Positions 39,528-52,417 of a stretch of DNA of 64,000 bases are shown one piece after another. Made by a program: the position numbers and the translations under genes. The notes beneath the pieces were generated by a model that was given only the letters and a program-made list of their open reading frames with translations, was not told where the DNA came from and ran no database searches. This stretch comes from Tubulanus polymorphus (lineage: Eukaryota > Animalia > Nemertea), in contig NC_134030.1 in assembly GCF_964204645.1 (NCBI RefSeq), positions 3,514,778 through 3,578,777 of the forward strand. Direction: 5' to 3'. Position 1 is the first letter of the stretch, and each line of letters starts with the position of its first letter.

Positions 39528-40653
39528 TTGTAAATGGTCATATTATAATATAAGACAGTTCCGCTTCAATTCAAAATAGGGGCACTTAAAAAAGATTTAC
39601 TGAGAAAAATATTGAATATATGAATGTAACAAGACACTTTTCCATGGCAACAAACTGCATGCTCGAAACAGAGCAGTGAAAACCTCTTAAATTGTCATGT
39701 GGTCATGAAATAAAGTTGAAAGTGCTAAATTGGCAGCAATGCTATCACGTTACTGCGTGCAAAATTATGAAAATGCGCACTGAGATATCACCATATATTT
39801 GCTCCGGCTTGTAGATGCTCAAATTACACCAGTAGAAATGAATTATTCACAAATATATCAGTGAAAAAGCTCAGTTAGCATTTCAAGTGTTTTACAGGGA
39901 GCAGATTCGTTTGAAATGGGTACATGGACTGTAGTTGATGAAAGACTTAGTTTCTGTGATTTGTAATCAATAATTACATTTTTTTCTAATGATAAATACG
40001 CCATCCAACGATAGAAACCAGGGACAAGTCCATAGAACAATACGAGAAGTCAATAAAAATGCGATTGCCATTATTGAATCATAAATAATTCTGTTTTTTG
40101 ACAGTAAAATCTGGATCATTCGAGAGTTTTACACACAGAAAGCTTTGACAAATGGCTGCCATTTCCTTTTCCGTTCGCTCGAAAACGCACGTTTTGTTGT
40201 TTATTCGAATGGGACACACACACGAACGTTTCTCTGGATATTATTCGAGCAGCTTCAGGTATAGCTGCCAGCTATATCTACCTTCGCAGTGACAATAATA
40301 GTCGGTAGAACAGGTGAAAGCGTCTTTTGAAATGGCTCGTAATTCCAGTCTATCGGCTTCTTAATGTAACCTGACACCTAGTCGTACTGACTTCCTGGTA
40401 ACATCGACTCGTCGTCACGATACCAGCGTGCGCGACATTGTTTCTTTTTGTTAGCGTTCTTTCATCGTTACGAGACAGATTTGTGGAAAGATTCTGAATT
40501 GAACGTTCTATACTTGTCGGCTCTACTTTGTTCATGTTTCAGTTCACTCACCCGATGAAGGTGCTATTGTCTTGGGACACACTGCGAGTTATTTCTACGA
40601 GAATAAACATTGCGAAGTACAAAGCATGTTATGATTGACTTTGTAACTCAATC

Positions 40654-40970
40654 ACGATTGGTAGAACACTATATCCGTGTTGACGCGATGAGGAGAGAAT
40701 CCCACAATGATAATAAAAAGTCCGAAAATGAAACTTCGAGATAGTAGTTTATTTCAACGTTTCGACTATATCCTAATAGTCATCTTCAGGAATAATGAGA
40801 TACTACAGAAATTATGAGATATATATATACAATCCAGAGACAAAGAGACTAATTCAAGTAATCAGAGATGATACGAACAGTCTTTGATATAGTCGAAACG
40901 TTGAAATAAACTACTATCTCGAAGTTTCATTTTCGGACTTTTTATTATCGTTGTGGGATTCTCTCCTCAT
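40654..40970 (-). mobile_element. Penelope-like fold-back insertion, family A copy 3 (hammerhead on -, ~40749-40796)
   Basis: A full arm with tail at left and a 5'-truncated inverted arm at 40886-40970. TSD GTAACTCAATC at 40643-40653 and 40974-40984. Confidence 0.82.
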
Positions 40971-42519
40971 TTAGTAACTCAATCCTTGGAATATTTGTGC
41001 TTTTTATTTCTTATTTTCCTACAACAGTAACCTGTTGGTTGCTATTCGCCATTTTAACATAATAGTCTGAAAGAAGGTCAGTCTGGAGAACCACTCCTGC
41101 AGCTAGCTGCCTTTCAGCCACTTCAAACCGATGTCACTCCCGTCTCGGAAAGTGGTGACAAAACACGCCGATTCGATACGACGTGTTTCGAGGGTGCTAC
41201 TATAAATCTCTAGAAAAAAATCCCCGTGCATTCTCGACGACTGAACGGTGTGTTAAATGGCACCATTAGTAATCATCCGGCGACGCGTAAAAACATAACG
41301 GGGAAAATCTATATAACCTTGTTGCGTAGCTACTAGCTGGAGGTCCTACTGTCCAATGAAAGATTTTACACGATAATTTCATCAAATATTATGCAGAACT
41401 AAATTTCAAAAAGCTACTAATTAAGTGCTGTCCATGGAGATTTCTTGAAATATACACTAGTGGTTAGAAACTTCTGGTAGGGCGATGTCTAGTAATCAAA
41501 TCCACAGGAAATCCTGCTTATGGGCGCTAGGCCAGCATCTTAGCTACGCATTTTTCGCCCCACATACCCGACAAAACTTTTGAAATAATCAAACCGTTAG
41601 AAAGAAGGGGTATTCCAGTACAGGTATGTTCGGTACATCCGAGCCGAATATTGATGGGAATCCCCCACCGTGTTTGGTACCCTTACTCCATCCAAAAAAA
41701 TGGCCAGGGAATCCACTATTTCTTTATCAATCTGTCTCTGATGACCAATGGATTTCATACCTTGCAGTAATAAGCTGACATTTATGAAAGACCTCTATTT
41801 CATTCCAAGTACTATTTTTGGGGTCCGGCCGTACGCATCTTGAAGCTACTAACCTAATTGTGGTCTGATGTCTGATTTCCGCACTATAGTCCCGATTAAC
41901 TGAGATTTGGTTTCATAGTTCGACTATAGTAACCAAAGGTCGCCCAGGCTTTCGATTCAAGAGGTCATTGGTTCGAATCTTTTTTTGATTCTTAAGTTTA
42001 TTGATAGGTGGTATTTCATTGAATAAATCCCATGTTTTATTTTTGAATAGGAGATGAAGATGCCTTTTAGTGGAATAAAAAAAACTTCCTTGACTCCAAG
42101 ACTGCATTTGGAATAACATTTGCATTTTGCATTCGTCGTATTTACTCAGTTAGCCGATATTTGGCGGTGACGTTGTAGGAGTCGTTATCTCCAGTTAGAA
42201 TATTGGAATGATCTGTAGTTGGTTGATTATGATTAGAAGGAATTCAAGAACAATCTGCTAGACATTTTCGAAATCACGTTTTTCAATTTGTACCCGGTAT
42301 TCATACATTCTACGCCATTCATCTTTTCCGAGGGGATTTATAATGTCGGGTAAATTTGCTTATCCTAGGAAGCTGTAACGGTCTCGCATATCCGAAATAC
42401 TGTAGTAAATCGTAAATTCAGCGTCCGTCGCTCGACTGAAAACGTTGCCTCCAGACGAAATGTTTCGATGTTTATGTACAATTTATCAAGTTTAATTTCA
42501 GACTACAAGATAATTAAAA

Positions 42520-45500
42520 ATGTCCTCGCGTCATCCCAGAAAACCCCGTCGAGAACGGAAGCCGAAACCCGTCCTGCCAGAATACGACGAAACGCCGGAA
42601 CAAAGGCAAGAGTTAATTCGTCGGGTGCGCAAGAAAAAAAGGAAAGCAAATCCCGGCATGAGCCTGGCCGATCGAATTCTCATACAACGAAAAGTGATGG
42701 AAGAAAACCGACGAATTCACGAAGAGGTTCGTTGATTATTTTGAATGCGATAACATGCTTTCATTCAAGCATTTCAACAAGCTATGTCTATTCCAAGAAA
42801 CAACGTGAATTTAAAGAAGCGAAAATTAACACCAGGGACCATAGCTACAAAGCAGCCGTTTTAGCTATCCTGAAAGATTTACGGTTGATCTTACGGGTGG
42901 ATCTATAACCTGTCTCAACGTAGGCTTAAAATTGTCCCAGTTCATAATCAAACCTTCCCCAAAAATTGCTATATTACACCTTGATATTTACAAAGCATTA
43001 GTTTACACAGGGATAAAGTTTTGAAAGAAACGAATATTATCAAAGAATTTACAAACGGAAATGCATTTCTATAACGCCATGAATAAACTTGAGAAGTATT
43101 AAGTAGGGTTTACCAGGTTTAACACAACGAGAAAGTACATTTTAATCTCTTAGATGTAGTGAATAATATCGGGAGATTTAATGCAACCGTGAATTGAACT
43201 GCAGTAAACTCCGATTGCCTTCCTACTGAGACACATCTCGTACCCCTGCAGCTTCCAGACGGCCAATATCCGTACTTAGTAAATCACGCAATAACGAATG
43301 ACAAGTTTATAAATGTACGCATATCCATATTCCGCGTAATAACACAACACCGGAATTTGCTACAATCGATCACATAGTTTTAATGCGTGCGCAACTTCGA
43401 ATATATTTGATAAAAACAGACCATTGATTGATTGCATACGTAAGGAAAAATAGCATAATGTGGTCCTACAGTAATTCAACGGAAGAATTGTTGATCAGGC
43501 AAAGTGAGTGTGTAGCTTCAAGACATCCGAGACGCTAAATCTAAGCCCTAGCTGACTACGTCTTCCACTCACGATAATATCTTAAGTTGATTTGGAAGAC
43601 AAGGAAAAACTCAGAACACAAACCAAACACAAGACTGATCTGTAGGAGGGCAAAATGAGAAACAACCGACATTTATCGCCAATGCAACTTAAATCAAAAA
43701 TATTTCTTGAAATTTGCGTTTTCTATTACATATGGTCATGTCAGATTTGCATATTTCTTATAATTGGTATCATCTACATTTCAGGACAACGAAATCAACA
43801 TGTCACGCATGAGCTTCTCGAGTATGCCGATATCCGAACTGGACGCTCGTGCGGCCACTCCGAAGCGTTCATCACCACCTGCACCCGTGCCAAACGATAA
43901 TCACATGGAGAAAGTTAACGAAACTGCTGAGACACCCGAAAAACACGTCGACGAAGTTTCAAAAACCTACCATAATGATCAAGTAGGTTATTCGAAACCG
44001 ACTGAGCCTGGATATGTGAAAACATCGCAAGGAGATAACAGGCCGCGTTTAAGTAAGACTTCTGATAAAAATAGTCGCTCGCAAAGTTTCTCAGCCGTGC
44101 AAGAACGATTCTATCATGAACCTGAAAATAGACAATTGAAAACGTCATACGGCACGCGAACAGTTTCAGAAAACGAACGCACCGATAAAAGATCGGTTGA
44201 AATTCGACAAATTGACAATCAAAGTAACGCGCAAGGTTCACGTGCAGGACGTGTTATTGCGACAAGTCGAAGTGAAAGCTCAATCATAACCCTACCTCCT
44301 GTCGAATCACCCGAACGTTGCCCATCGGAGCCAACCTTGCGGGTCACAGCGCCAAGAGTATACTCAGCCACTTCGAAAGTGGTCCGTGTCACCGAATTGA
44401 ATAAAACCTCAGACGAGGAAAATCGTACGGATAAAAAAGAAACTGAAATTGTTCACGAAAGCCACAAAAATGACAATAGCACTTCAGAAACAAAGGAAAG
44501 CACCCATCATAAAAATGTAGTAATAGTGAATGCAGATGCATCATCGAATGGCGTCCAGGTCCAAGAGGAAAATAGTAGTAAAATCATCGGCGAAGAAAGT
44601 ATAGTAGAAATGAAAGAAAATACCGAGATTGCGGTAGATACGAAAACTGTCAATATCGAAAAGGAGACAACGACTTACAGCGAAAAAGAAACAAAAGAAT
44701 GCCAAGAAGAAACAATCGTGGTTGAAAAACAAACATCCTTGAAAAACGAGGAATCAATAGTGGCCAATACAGACATCACTCAAAGCATTGTAAATAACCA
44801 AGTCGAATCAAAGTCGATTGAAATCAATGAGGTCGAAAAGAGTTCAAACGAAACTGTCATTGTTGCCGAAATCACCGAGACTACTGAGACGAAACGTGAG
44901 GAAATTAATAATTCATCATCTAATGAAGAAACAACGCATCTTACAAATGATGTATTGACAGAAATTAACGAAGAAACCGTTACTACAGCTGACTTAGAGG
45001 CGAAAGAACAAAATGATAATATTGTAAAAAACAACCAGGAAATTAAGGTTGATGAACAGAAAAGCGATATTGCAGAAATCGAAACTGAAGTAGAAATTGA
45101 TAATAAAGAAATCAATGAAGAAACGATTGACACGGAAGACAATAACGCTGTCGAATCGGCAATGAAATCTACAGAAGAGGTTACGGTAGATTCAAGAGTG
45201 AACATGAATGCTGATGAAGATGGTTTGGAAATCACTGCAGATGAGAGTGAAGAAAATATTGAAAACAACAAAGTGGAAGAAGATTTGAACAATTCAGATG
45301 AGATTGTTGACGCAACAAACGCTGGTGAATTAACCGAGAATGCCAAAGAGGAAGTCAATGACAATGTATCTGAAATAAACCCATCAGATGAACAACTAGA
45401 AGAGGAAAATGGAAATAAAACCGATGTCAACGTCGAAAATGAAGTAGTTGATACACTCATTGACATTGAAGATGAGGTGGCTGCGGCAAGTGATGAACAT

Positions 45501-45866
45501 TCTGAGGTGGCTACGGCAAGTGATGAACAGTCTGAGGGCAAACAAGATGACGAAGATGAAACGACTGGTGAAAATGACGATCACGCGCCAGACGATAACG
45601 ACGAGGAAACTGAAAACCTAACGACGGCTGATGCTGATCGTGGACAGACTGAAGACGAGAAACAAGAAGAACCGGAAAACGAAACAAATCAAAATACGAA
45701 AGGAAGCGACGATGACGAATACCTATCAAATCTAGAAAAGAAATTAGACGCAGATTTAAACGATCTTATCGAAGGAAATCAGACGAAAAATCCACTTTCT
45801 CGCGAAGAGGTCGAAGAAAACAAAGCTGCAATTGAAGATATATTGGCCGGCGATTTCTTCAAGTGA
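42520..45866 (+). CDS. Uncharacterised ~762-aa low-complexity protein with a basic N-terminus and a long Glu/Asp/Asn/Thr-rich tail; 2 coding exons
   Basis: Exon 42520-42726 (acceptor TTCAG at ~42501, donor GAG|GTTCGT) splices in frame to 43785-45866 (TTTCAG|GAC). The second exon is a 2.1-kb stop-free frame; AATAAA at ~46082. A probable non-coding exon has a donor CAG|GTAGGT at 39139. Confidence 0.75.
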
Positions 45867-45909
45867 TCGATCATGAAATAATTACAATTTTATAGACGCA
45901 GACATTAAG

Positions 45910-46012
45910 GTTGCATACATCTATCCCTACCCTACCTGTGGGAGAGGCTTCCTTGCCCGGATTGGCCTCACCAGCAGCTATTTCCAAACTTATCGCAGCA
46001 GCCCAATAGTCA
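45910..46012. repeat. Short dispersed repeat (TACATC..CCCTACC..GTGG.AGAGGCTTCCTTG....TGGCCTCACCAG)
   Basis: Other copies at ~51562-51628 and, partially, at 52745-52785. Confidence 0.65.
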
Positions 46013-46789
46013 AGTGATGTCATGGTCATAAACATTCCCGATCGTTCTTTCTGTTTTATACAGTCCGAATGAATTATTCCGAATAAATAAATGAAGTTTA
46101 TTTCTCAAAATATGATGTACAATATACATAATCAAAATGTGGAATATTAACACAATGTACTTTATTGAGAGGATTAGAGACGATTAAGTTTAGAGACGAT
46201 TATCGTTTTAATTCGACGTCTTAAGAGATCATATTCTACTTATCCATCTGCCCACGTAGAAAATCATATTTTTTACATAGGTTTTGCACTTATTCAGAAT
46301 AATGACTAATAGTTTTATAAGTTTTTCGAGGTATGAAAAACGAGGAAGAAAATACAATTGCGCCATGCTTATCTGCGTTCGGTTTATCTTTTCATTATTC
46401 TCTACAAAGACTCGTTTCTAAACATAGAAATTTGGTGATTTGTCTGACAGTCGTTTGACTCGATGAATTTCGTTTCGTTTTGATAGGGCGCGCTGAATTT
46501 CGCTGACGTTGAACTTGAACCTTATTGTTCCAAATAGTACATATTTATGTATGAGATACGTGCGATAAAATATAAACATCAATACAGGACAGTAGATAAG
46601 ACAATGAAATGAACACCTAATTTGAATAACGGAGTAACAAAGAACAGTTTTTATACAAGATCCCCCAAGGGCACAATGGCAAGCCTGTCAGCTTTTCATA
46701 AAATGGCAAATGATGCATTTCGTGGGTTATATTCGTCAAAATACACTGTGCCAGCTCCAAGTCAATACGAATAATATACACAATACAAT

Positions 46790-46822
46790 TCACACACCTG
46801 ACGATGATCTCTATGGTGAGAT
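46790..46822 (+). mobile_element. Fragment of the family-C hammerhead element (5' half of the ribozyme)
   Basis: CACACCTGACGATGATCTCTATGGTGAGAT matches the minus strand of ~47752-47781 but stops before GAAAC. Confidence 0.65.
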
Positions 46823-47519
46823 TCATAAGTTTTCATAAGTAGCACAGACAGCGACTGGAGCTGGCAGGAACAAATACCTGTGATAAATCATTTCCCTTGG
46901 TCTTATTGATTTGAATGCGGCATAGAATTTAATTTTCTGAAATTTGCTCAATAAAACAAAACTGAATTGGATCTGATGCTTGAGTTGTTCAATTAAGTAA
47001 ATTTGAATTAGATTTGTTATTCTTGCAGACAAAAATCTGATTGAATTTGCAGTTTGAGCACATGGCTAATTAGCATATCAGGTCCTCTATCCGATTTGAG
47101 AAAATTTTTCCCAGACTTTACATAATTGCCAATGATATTTTCTGTAGTGCAAATAAAAATATTCCTCTCAAAAACCAAATCAACTAAAGATTTTACAGAA
47201 ATCGATTTTGAAATACAATCTTTAATCTTATAAAACAGTAGAAATTGCGTTCAGATTTTCGCGAAAAAGCTCATATAAATTTTAACGAAGCCCTTTTTCA
47301 AAATTCAGCTTTATAGGGTTTGGAGAATCGATAATGCTTTAATGAATGATTTGTATGAATATATGCTCAGTGTTACACAGTCAAAGAGCCTTTGCTCAGG
47401 AAACCATGTCAACATTTAAATTCGCTCTATATTTGTATACGTAGCAATAGAATACGGCAGGCCTAAAAAATGTTAGTTGACAGACTGTCATCTCCTCGTA
47501 TTTAACGAGGAAGTTATAA

Positions 47520-47980
47520 GTAACCCGACTCTAGTGCACATCGGGCGGCCCAGCCAAGTCAGGTAACAAAGGTCCCAATAAGACCAGAAAGGACCTGACA
47601 GCTGACCCAAAACACTGGCCCCTAAACACCCAAAACTGCGCCGAAGGACTGCAGAAGAGTAAGATAAAATCTCACTATTTACAGATTAAAAGAATTTAAA
47701 AACCAGAATTTATTTATTAAATCTAAAATATTTAAAAGACACGACGTTTCGATCTCACCCTAGAGATCATCGTCAGGTGTGAGTCTAGGGTGAGATCGAA
47801 ACGTCGTGTCTTTTAAATATTTTAGATTTAATAAATAAATTCTGGTTTTTAAATTCTTTTAATCTGTAAATAGTGGGATTTTATCTTATTATCCGTTCAC
47901 CACGTTTGAGTGTGGTCATCGTTCTACTGCAGAAGAGACTCCACCGATCGGCGTCAGCCATTTTAATGAAAGAAATTCTT
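47520..47980. mobile_element. Diverged relative of the 19.9-kb palindrome arm, interrupted by the family-C insertion
   Basis: ACCCGACT..AG.GCA...GGGCGGCCCAGC, AAAGGTCCCAATAGACCAGAAAGGAC and AAACTGCGCCGAAGGA align in order with ~19881-20060. Confidence 0.55.
47660..47925 (-). mobile_element. Penelope-like fold-back insertion, family C (canonical minimal hammerhead on -, ~47739-47780)
   Basis: Minus strand: ACAC-CTGACGA-T-GATCTC(tagggt)GAGATC-GAAAC-GTC-GTGT. Arms of ~105 bp; 36-nt tail at 47890-47925. Perfect TSD ACTGCAGAAGAG at 47648-47659 and 47926-47937. Confidence 0.85.
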
Positions 47981-48248
47981 AACGGAATGTCGTTATATGA
48001 AGAAAATAAAACAGGTCTAAAATCAATTCCGCTTTGTGATATGTGCATAGTTTGTGATATATTAACTGAAGCACCCTGATGACGATTATATTTATGTTCC
48101 CAAAAATATCAAAAGAGATGAATTTCTGTGCAAGAAAACAAAAAAAAAATGAAAAATATCTTTTTATCGCGCCTCTAACCGTATCGAAATTATTTCTAGT
48201 ATGCCCCGAATCAGCCACCATATGAAGATATTTTCAGGAATGAATTAT

Positions 48249-49712
48249 TCAACTTATTATCCTAGTATTTACATAGTAAATCTCCTGGCAACAGCGTTCA
48301 GCTTTACCAGTCAGTGAAGACAGGTATGTCGGTGCCTGCATATTCGTGTGGAAATGAAAAATTTTAAAACCATCTAACTCAAGATTATCAAATATAGTTA
48401 AATGCTGCCGTAATTCATTCATGTGTTTTTTTACATATTCTTCGTTACTAACATCGGAGTTATTCAAATGATATTCAACTCCTAATTGTCTAACGTGACT
48501 GAAAGTTCCCGCTTTAATCATCTGTTCAAAAGTTTCCCATTCACTAGATTCGACGTCTATTTTCAAATAGTCTATGATCATCTAAAAAAAAGACAGAAAA
48601 AATAGCAAAATTCCGCATCTCTGATAAATAAGCATATAAATGTAGAGTAGAAATACGTACATTTTCATGGCCCAGAGCTTTCATAATGCTAGCAACTGTT
48701 AGTAGTTTCCATCCCATTGTATTCATACCATTCGTACCACCAACACCCAAATCGTGAAAGCTGATGTATTTTCCACGTTTATAATCGACCTGATTAATGC
48801 TTTAATGTAAAAACATACATATACGAAAACATATTTCGGAATTACATAAAAGAGACTATGTGAAAATGTAAAAAATAGGATCTCCGTTTGTTTTACCTTG
48901 GATCAAACGAATGTATTTCACAATTTAATTCTTCGGCTACACTATCGTCAAATGAATAATCATAGGCAATTCTGAAAAATAAATAGATGGAGTTTTTAAG
49001 ATACCAAAAACTTATTCTTATATGGGCCCGACCCTTCAATCTTGGAGTAATCATTTGTCAAATGATTACTCCAAGCTTCAATACATTTGTTGTAATTTTA
49101 TATTCGGTTCAGCCTCGATCATTTATATTATCATTTACTGAATAAATTTTGAATTGAATTGAATACGGTTTATAAGATGTCTTACCCGAATGAATAAACC
49201 AGACAATTTCCTCTTTTCAAAGCATGTGGTTCATCGAGACACATTTCCCAACCACCGTCACCGACATTTCCAAAACGACGCATCCGTTTACAATAGAAAT
49301 TCTGGCGCAGTATTTTGCTACAATTTAAGATGAAAAGAGACATAATTAGGCTCTCTTGTTTATAATATATCGTTTATATGATTGTGTTCTTGCTTTTGTT
49401 ACGGTGAATCCTGATCGTTGGCTTTTAGTTACCTGTGATAGAGATGAAACAACTCGGAATAAGAATTCGGGTATTCGAATTTCTTCATCTGTAATACATT
49501 ACGAAATATCATTGTATCATCAGTCGAATAAACCAATGAACTCGCTTATTACGGGTTTCACTTGGCGGTGTACGTACCTCTCTGATAGCTTTAGGCATTG
49601 AGAATTTCTTGAGCCATAGTGGATTGTCTTCACCACGCCGAAATAGAATGAAACATCCCCCAAACACAAGCACGACTGCTATAAGCAAGTATGGTAAGCG
49701 GAATCGACGCAT
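48249..49712 (-). CDS. METTL24-like (Methyltransf_22/FkbM-type) type II membrane methyltransferase, copy 1, ~289 aa
   Basis: Exons 49712-49578, 49488-49433, 49317-49186, 48971-48897, 48799-48661 and 48581-48249. Signal-anchor YLLIAVVLVFGGCFILF; RFGNVGDGGWEMC, CLVYSFGI..DYSFD, CEIHSFDPS, IIDYLKIDVESSEW, QLGVEYH. Confidence 0.88.
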
Positions 49713-52417
49713 CGTTCCCGTTAGTCCGAGGATCGACAGTTGATCGTTTTTTTCTTTCAGCTGCATAATGAATACACATAAACGTATGATACACAATCGT
49801 ATAGCAGTTGATCGACTTGGTTTCTATGCACCTGGGCTGGTTCATTCAAAACCGGTTTCCTCACCACTTTTTTGACGCCGTAAAAAACCGGTTTACATAT
49901 AAACATTTTGATAAGTGAGTCTTTATGCACTGCGTCATCAATACGAGCTTTGCGAGATAAATTTCCAACTGTAATTGCGAATTTTTGCGTTTATTTTTAT
50001 AATTAGATTTATTTCATAACTCTCATTTTATATTGGACACATTTTGACTGGTTGCCGGTCAGTCCAATTCAATCATCGATATATTCGAATTCAAATATAA
50101 TTATCTATTAATCCTCAATAAATCTTATGTTAAATTATCTATTATCAAAACTGTGTTATTTTCAAGCTGTCAATAAATTTTCAAGTTGGTTTTCTTGTCG
50201 TATGGATGAATGTCGAATGGAGTTACTACTACACATGTACAGAGACAAAACGTTTGCAAATTCAAGTTCAAGTTCAAGGTTGGCCGGGTGACGATGTACG
50301 TACCATATGAAAGTTTAAGTGACTTTTCTTTATCTTTTTTTCCCAAGATCGTTTTGCTTTCTTTCTGACAATATTAGATTAATACTCCTAAAGCTTCTTT
50401 CTGATCTACATGCATTTTTTCAATTCATCACTGAATAACAAAGTGTCCCTGAATATCGGGCTTTTAAAGACCACATTTTAAACATGTACAAGCCAACTCC
50501 ATATAAGGGGACATCCAAAATTATGGGACATATAGCCTATCTTTGACCCAAGATTTTATATAGCACGCAATTGTATAGAACTGATGGGATTCCCAATAAG
50601 GCGATGTCATGACCGCACTGGCCCTGCGTCGTGGCAGACACATTTTCATTGTACATGTTGTAGAGAAGGTTAACGTCATACGACATAAGACATACTAACA
50701 TAAATGCGTTCTGAAGAGGCAGCGGTAATTCCTATTCATTTCATCGGATGTTTGCTTAGGCGTAAAAGGAAAATGAGAGGCATTCATGAATGATTTCCAT
50801 CTAACCTGTATCTGCAACACAACTAAATCCACTCCAGTTATATCAGTAATGCTTACGTATGTAGACATACATGTTTTCGAAAATGTTCATGTACGTATTT
50901 TGTTATCGTCGATAAATAGCTCAGAATCTTAAATTTACGCACCAATTCCCATGGACCGGTGACAGACTTTTATCGCCTATGGCTAGAAACTTTTCATTCG
51001 TGTATTTACCTTATTCGACAGGTTCGAATGTATCAATTGACACCTGCCTGTGGTTTACTTTCACGATCGGATATCTTTTTTTTCACAAACCACATATGGT
51101 ACGGTATCATCCGATTATAAAAGCTATACTTATTGTACGGCCCATCCGATTATAAAAGCTTACAATTAGGTGCCGGTAACTGATGTTAACTGCTTACCCG
51201 CCATGTTTATGTGAGTGTACGGCTCAATGGCCGTGGAGAAAGATGCGCCGGAGCTTGGGTGAAGCTATGGATTCGACGTTTTGTCAAGACTTACATCTAA
51301 CACATGCGCGCATCCTTTACCTCAGTAAGGATCTCTAACTTTTTGTCTCTGGAGACTGTATCCATTCGGTGGAAACTCCCATGAGGTATTTTCCCATATT
51401 TATTCCTACTCTCCACGAGCGACTGAATCTATCGTGGATCAATATACATGTATATTGAGAAGACGTCACGACACGTCACGTCGCATGGCTACCCAGAGGA
51501 TGCTTGCGGATGCAAAGCAGCAATACATATGTACATTCGATACATATATACAATATATATGGTTGTACATCCTACCCTACCGTGGCAGAGGCTTCCTTGT
51601 CTGTAATGGCCTCACCAGAGGCAGACATCTCCATAAAAATTGTGCATTAGCCTACATACCAGTAATACGGGATATCGACAAATTCAGGTTCTGGAATTTC
51701 TCGTTTGATGGCGATAGTCAGAAAGAACCGGAAATGGGAACCTAAATCCGCCATGTTCTAGTTCATGTGCATTAAAAATAAAAGCGGCGCTGTGGTGATG
51801 TCATATAAGAAGAAAGCAATAAGAATCGCGCTTCAAGTCATTTTAGTAAGCGTTGTTTTACTAACTATACATCGTCACGCGTAATCCTTTAAGTATGATA
51901 TCCTGACAATGTGTTGGATTCGATAAAACCTGAGTCACTTCAAGCGCTATATTACTAAAAACATAAAATTCATTACCAACACAAATTTAACCTCGATGAC
52001 GCTCGAAGCAGCTAACGGAAAGTAAAGACTGGTGCCCGGGTGTCATCACGACTCTAAGGTGAATTGCAGGCTACACTGATAAATATGAAATAACATTATG
52101 AAATAAAATTGATTTTAGAAGGATTTGCAATGTAGAAAGATTATGAAATCAACGTGGAAGAAAAATATAATTAGTCCCTGGGAACATTTTGAAATGTGTT
52201 TCTGTACCATGGTTTCTCATTGTGACTACTGGTTGTCACCCGGTTTGAGGATTTACCCAGTAGGGATAACTGTGATACCTCGAGTCGGTCTGATGTTGAA
52301 ACCCGGGCCCAGGAATCGAACCGACAATCAAAATTGGGCCGTAAAGTGCTGCCACCAGGTGATAGCCGGCAACCAGTCTCAGCTGTCGCAAAATGTCTTT
52401 TGGCATCCTCCCCAGCA

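Noticed and set aside
47555-47600. Twister ribozyme (UAA..GGUCCCAA..GAAAGG)
   Set aside because: P2 and the GC/GC pseudoknot are missing; kept only as an unclassified motif.
52230-52385. tRNA gene (GGTTCGATTCC on the minus strand)
   Set aside because: No complete cloverleaf; at best a decayed SINE head.
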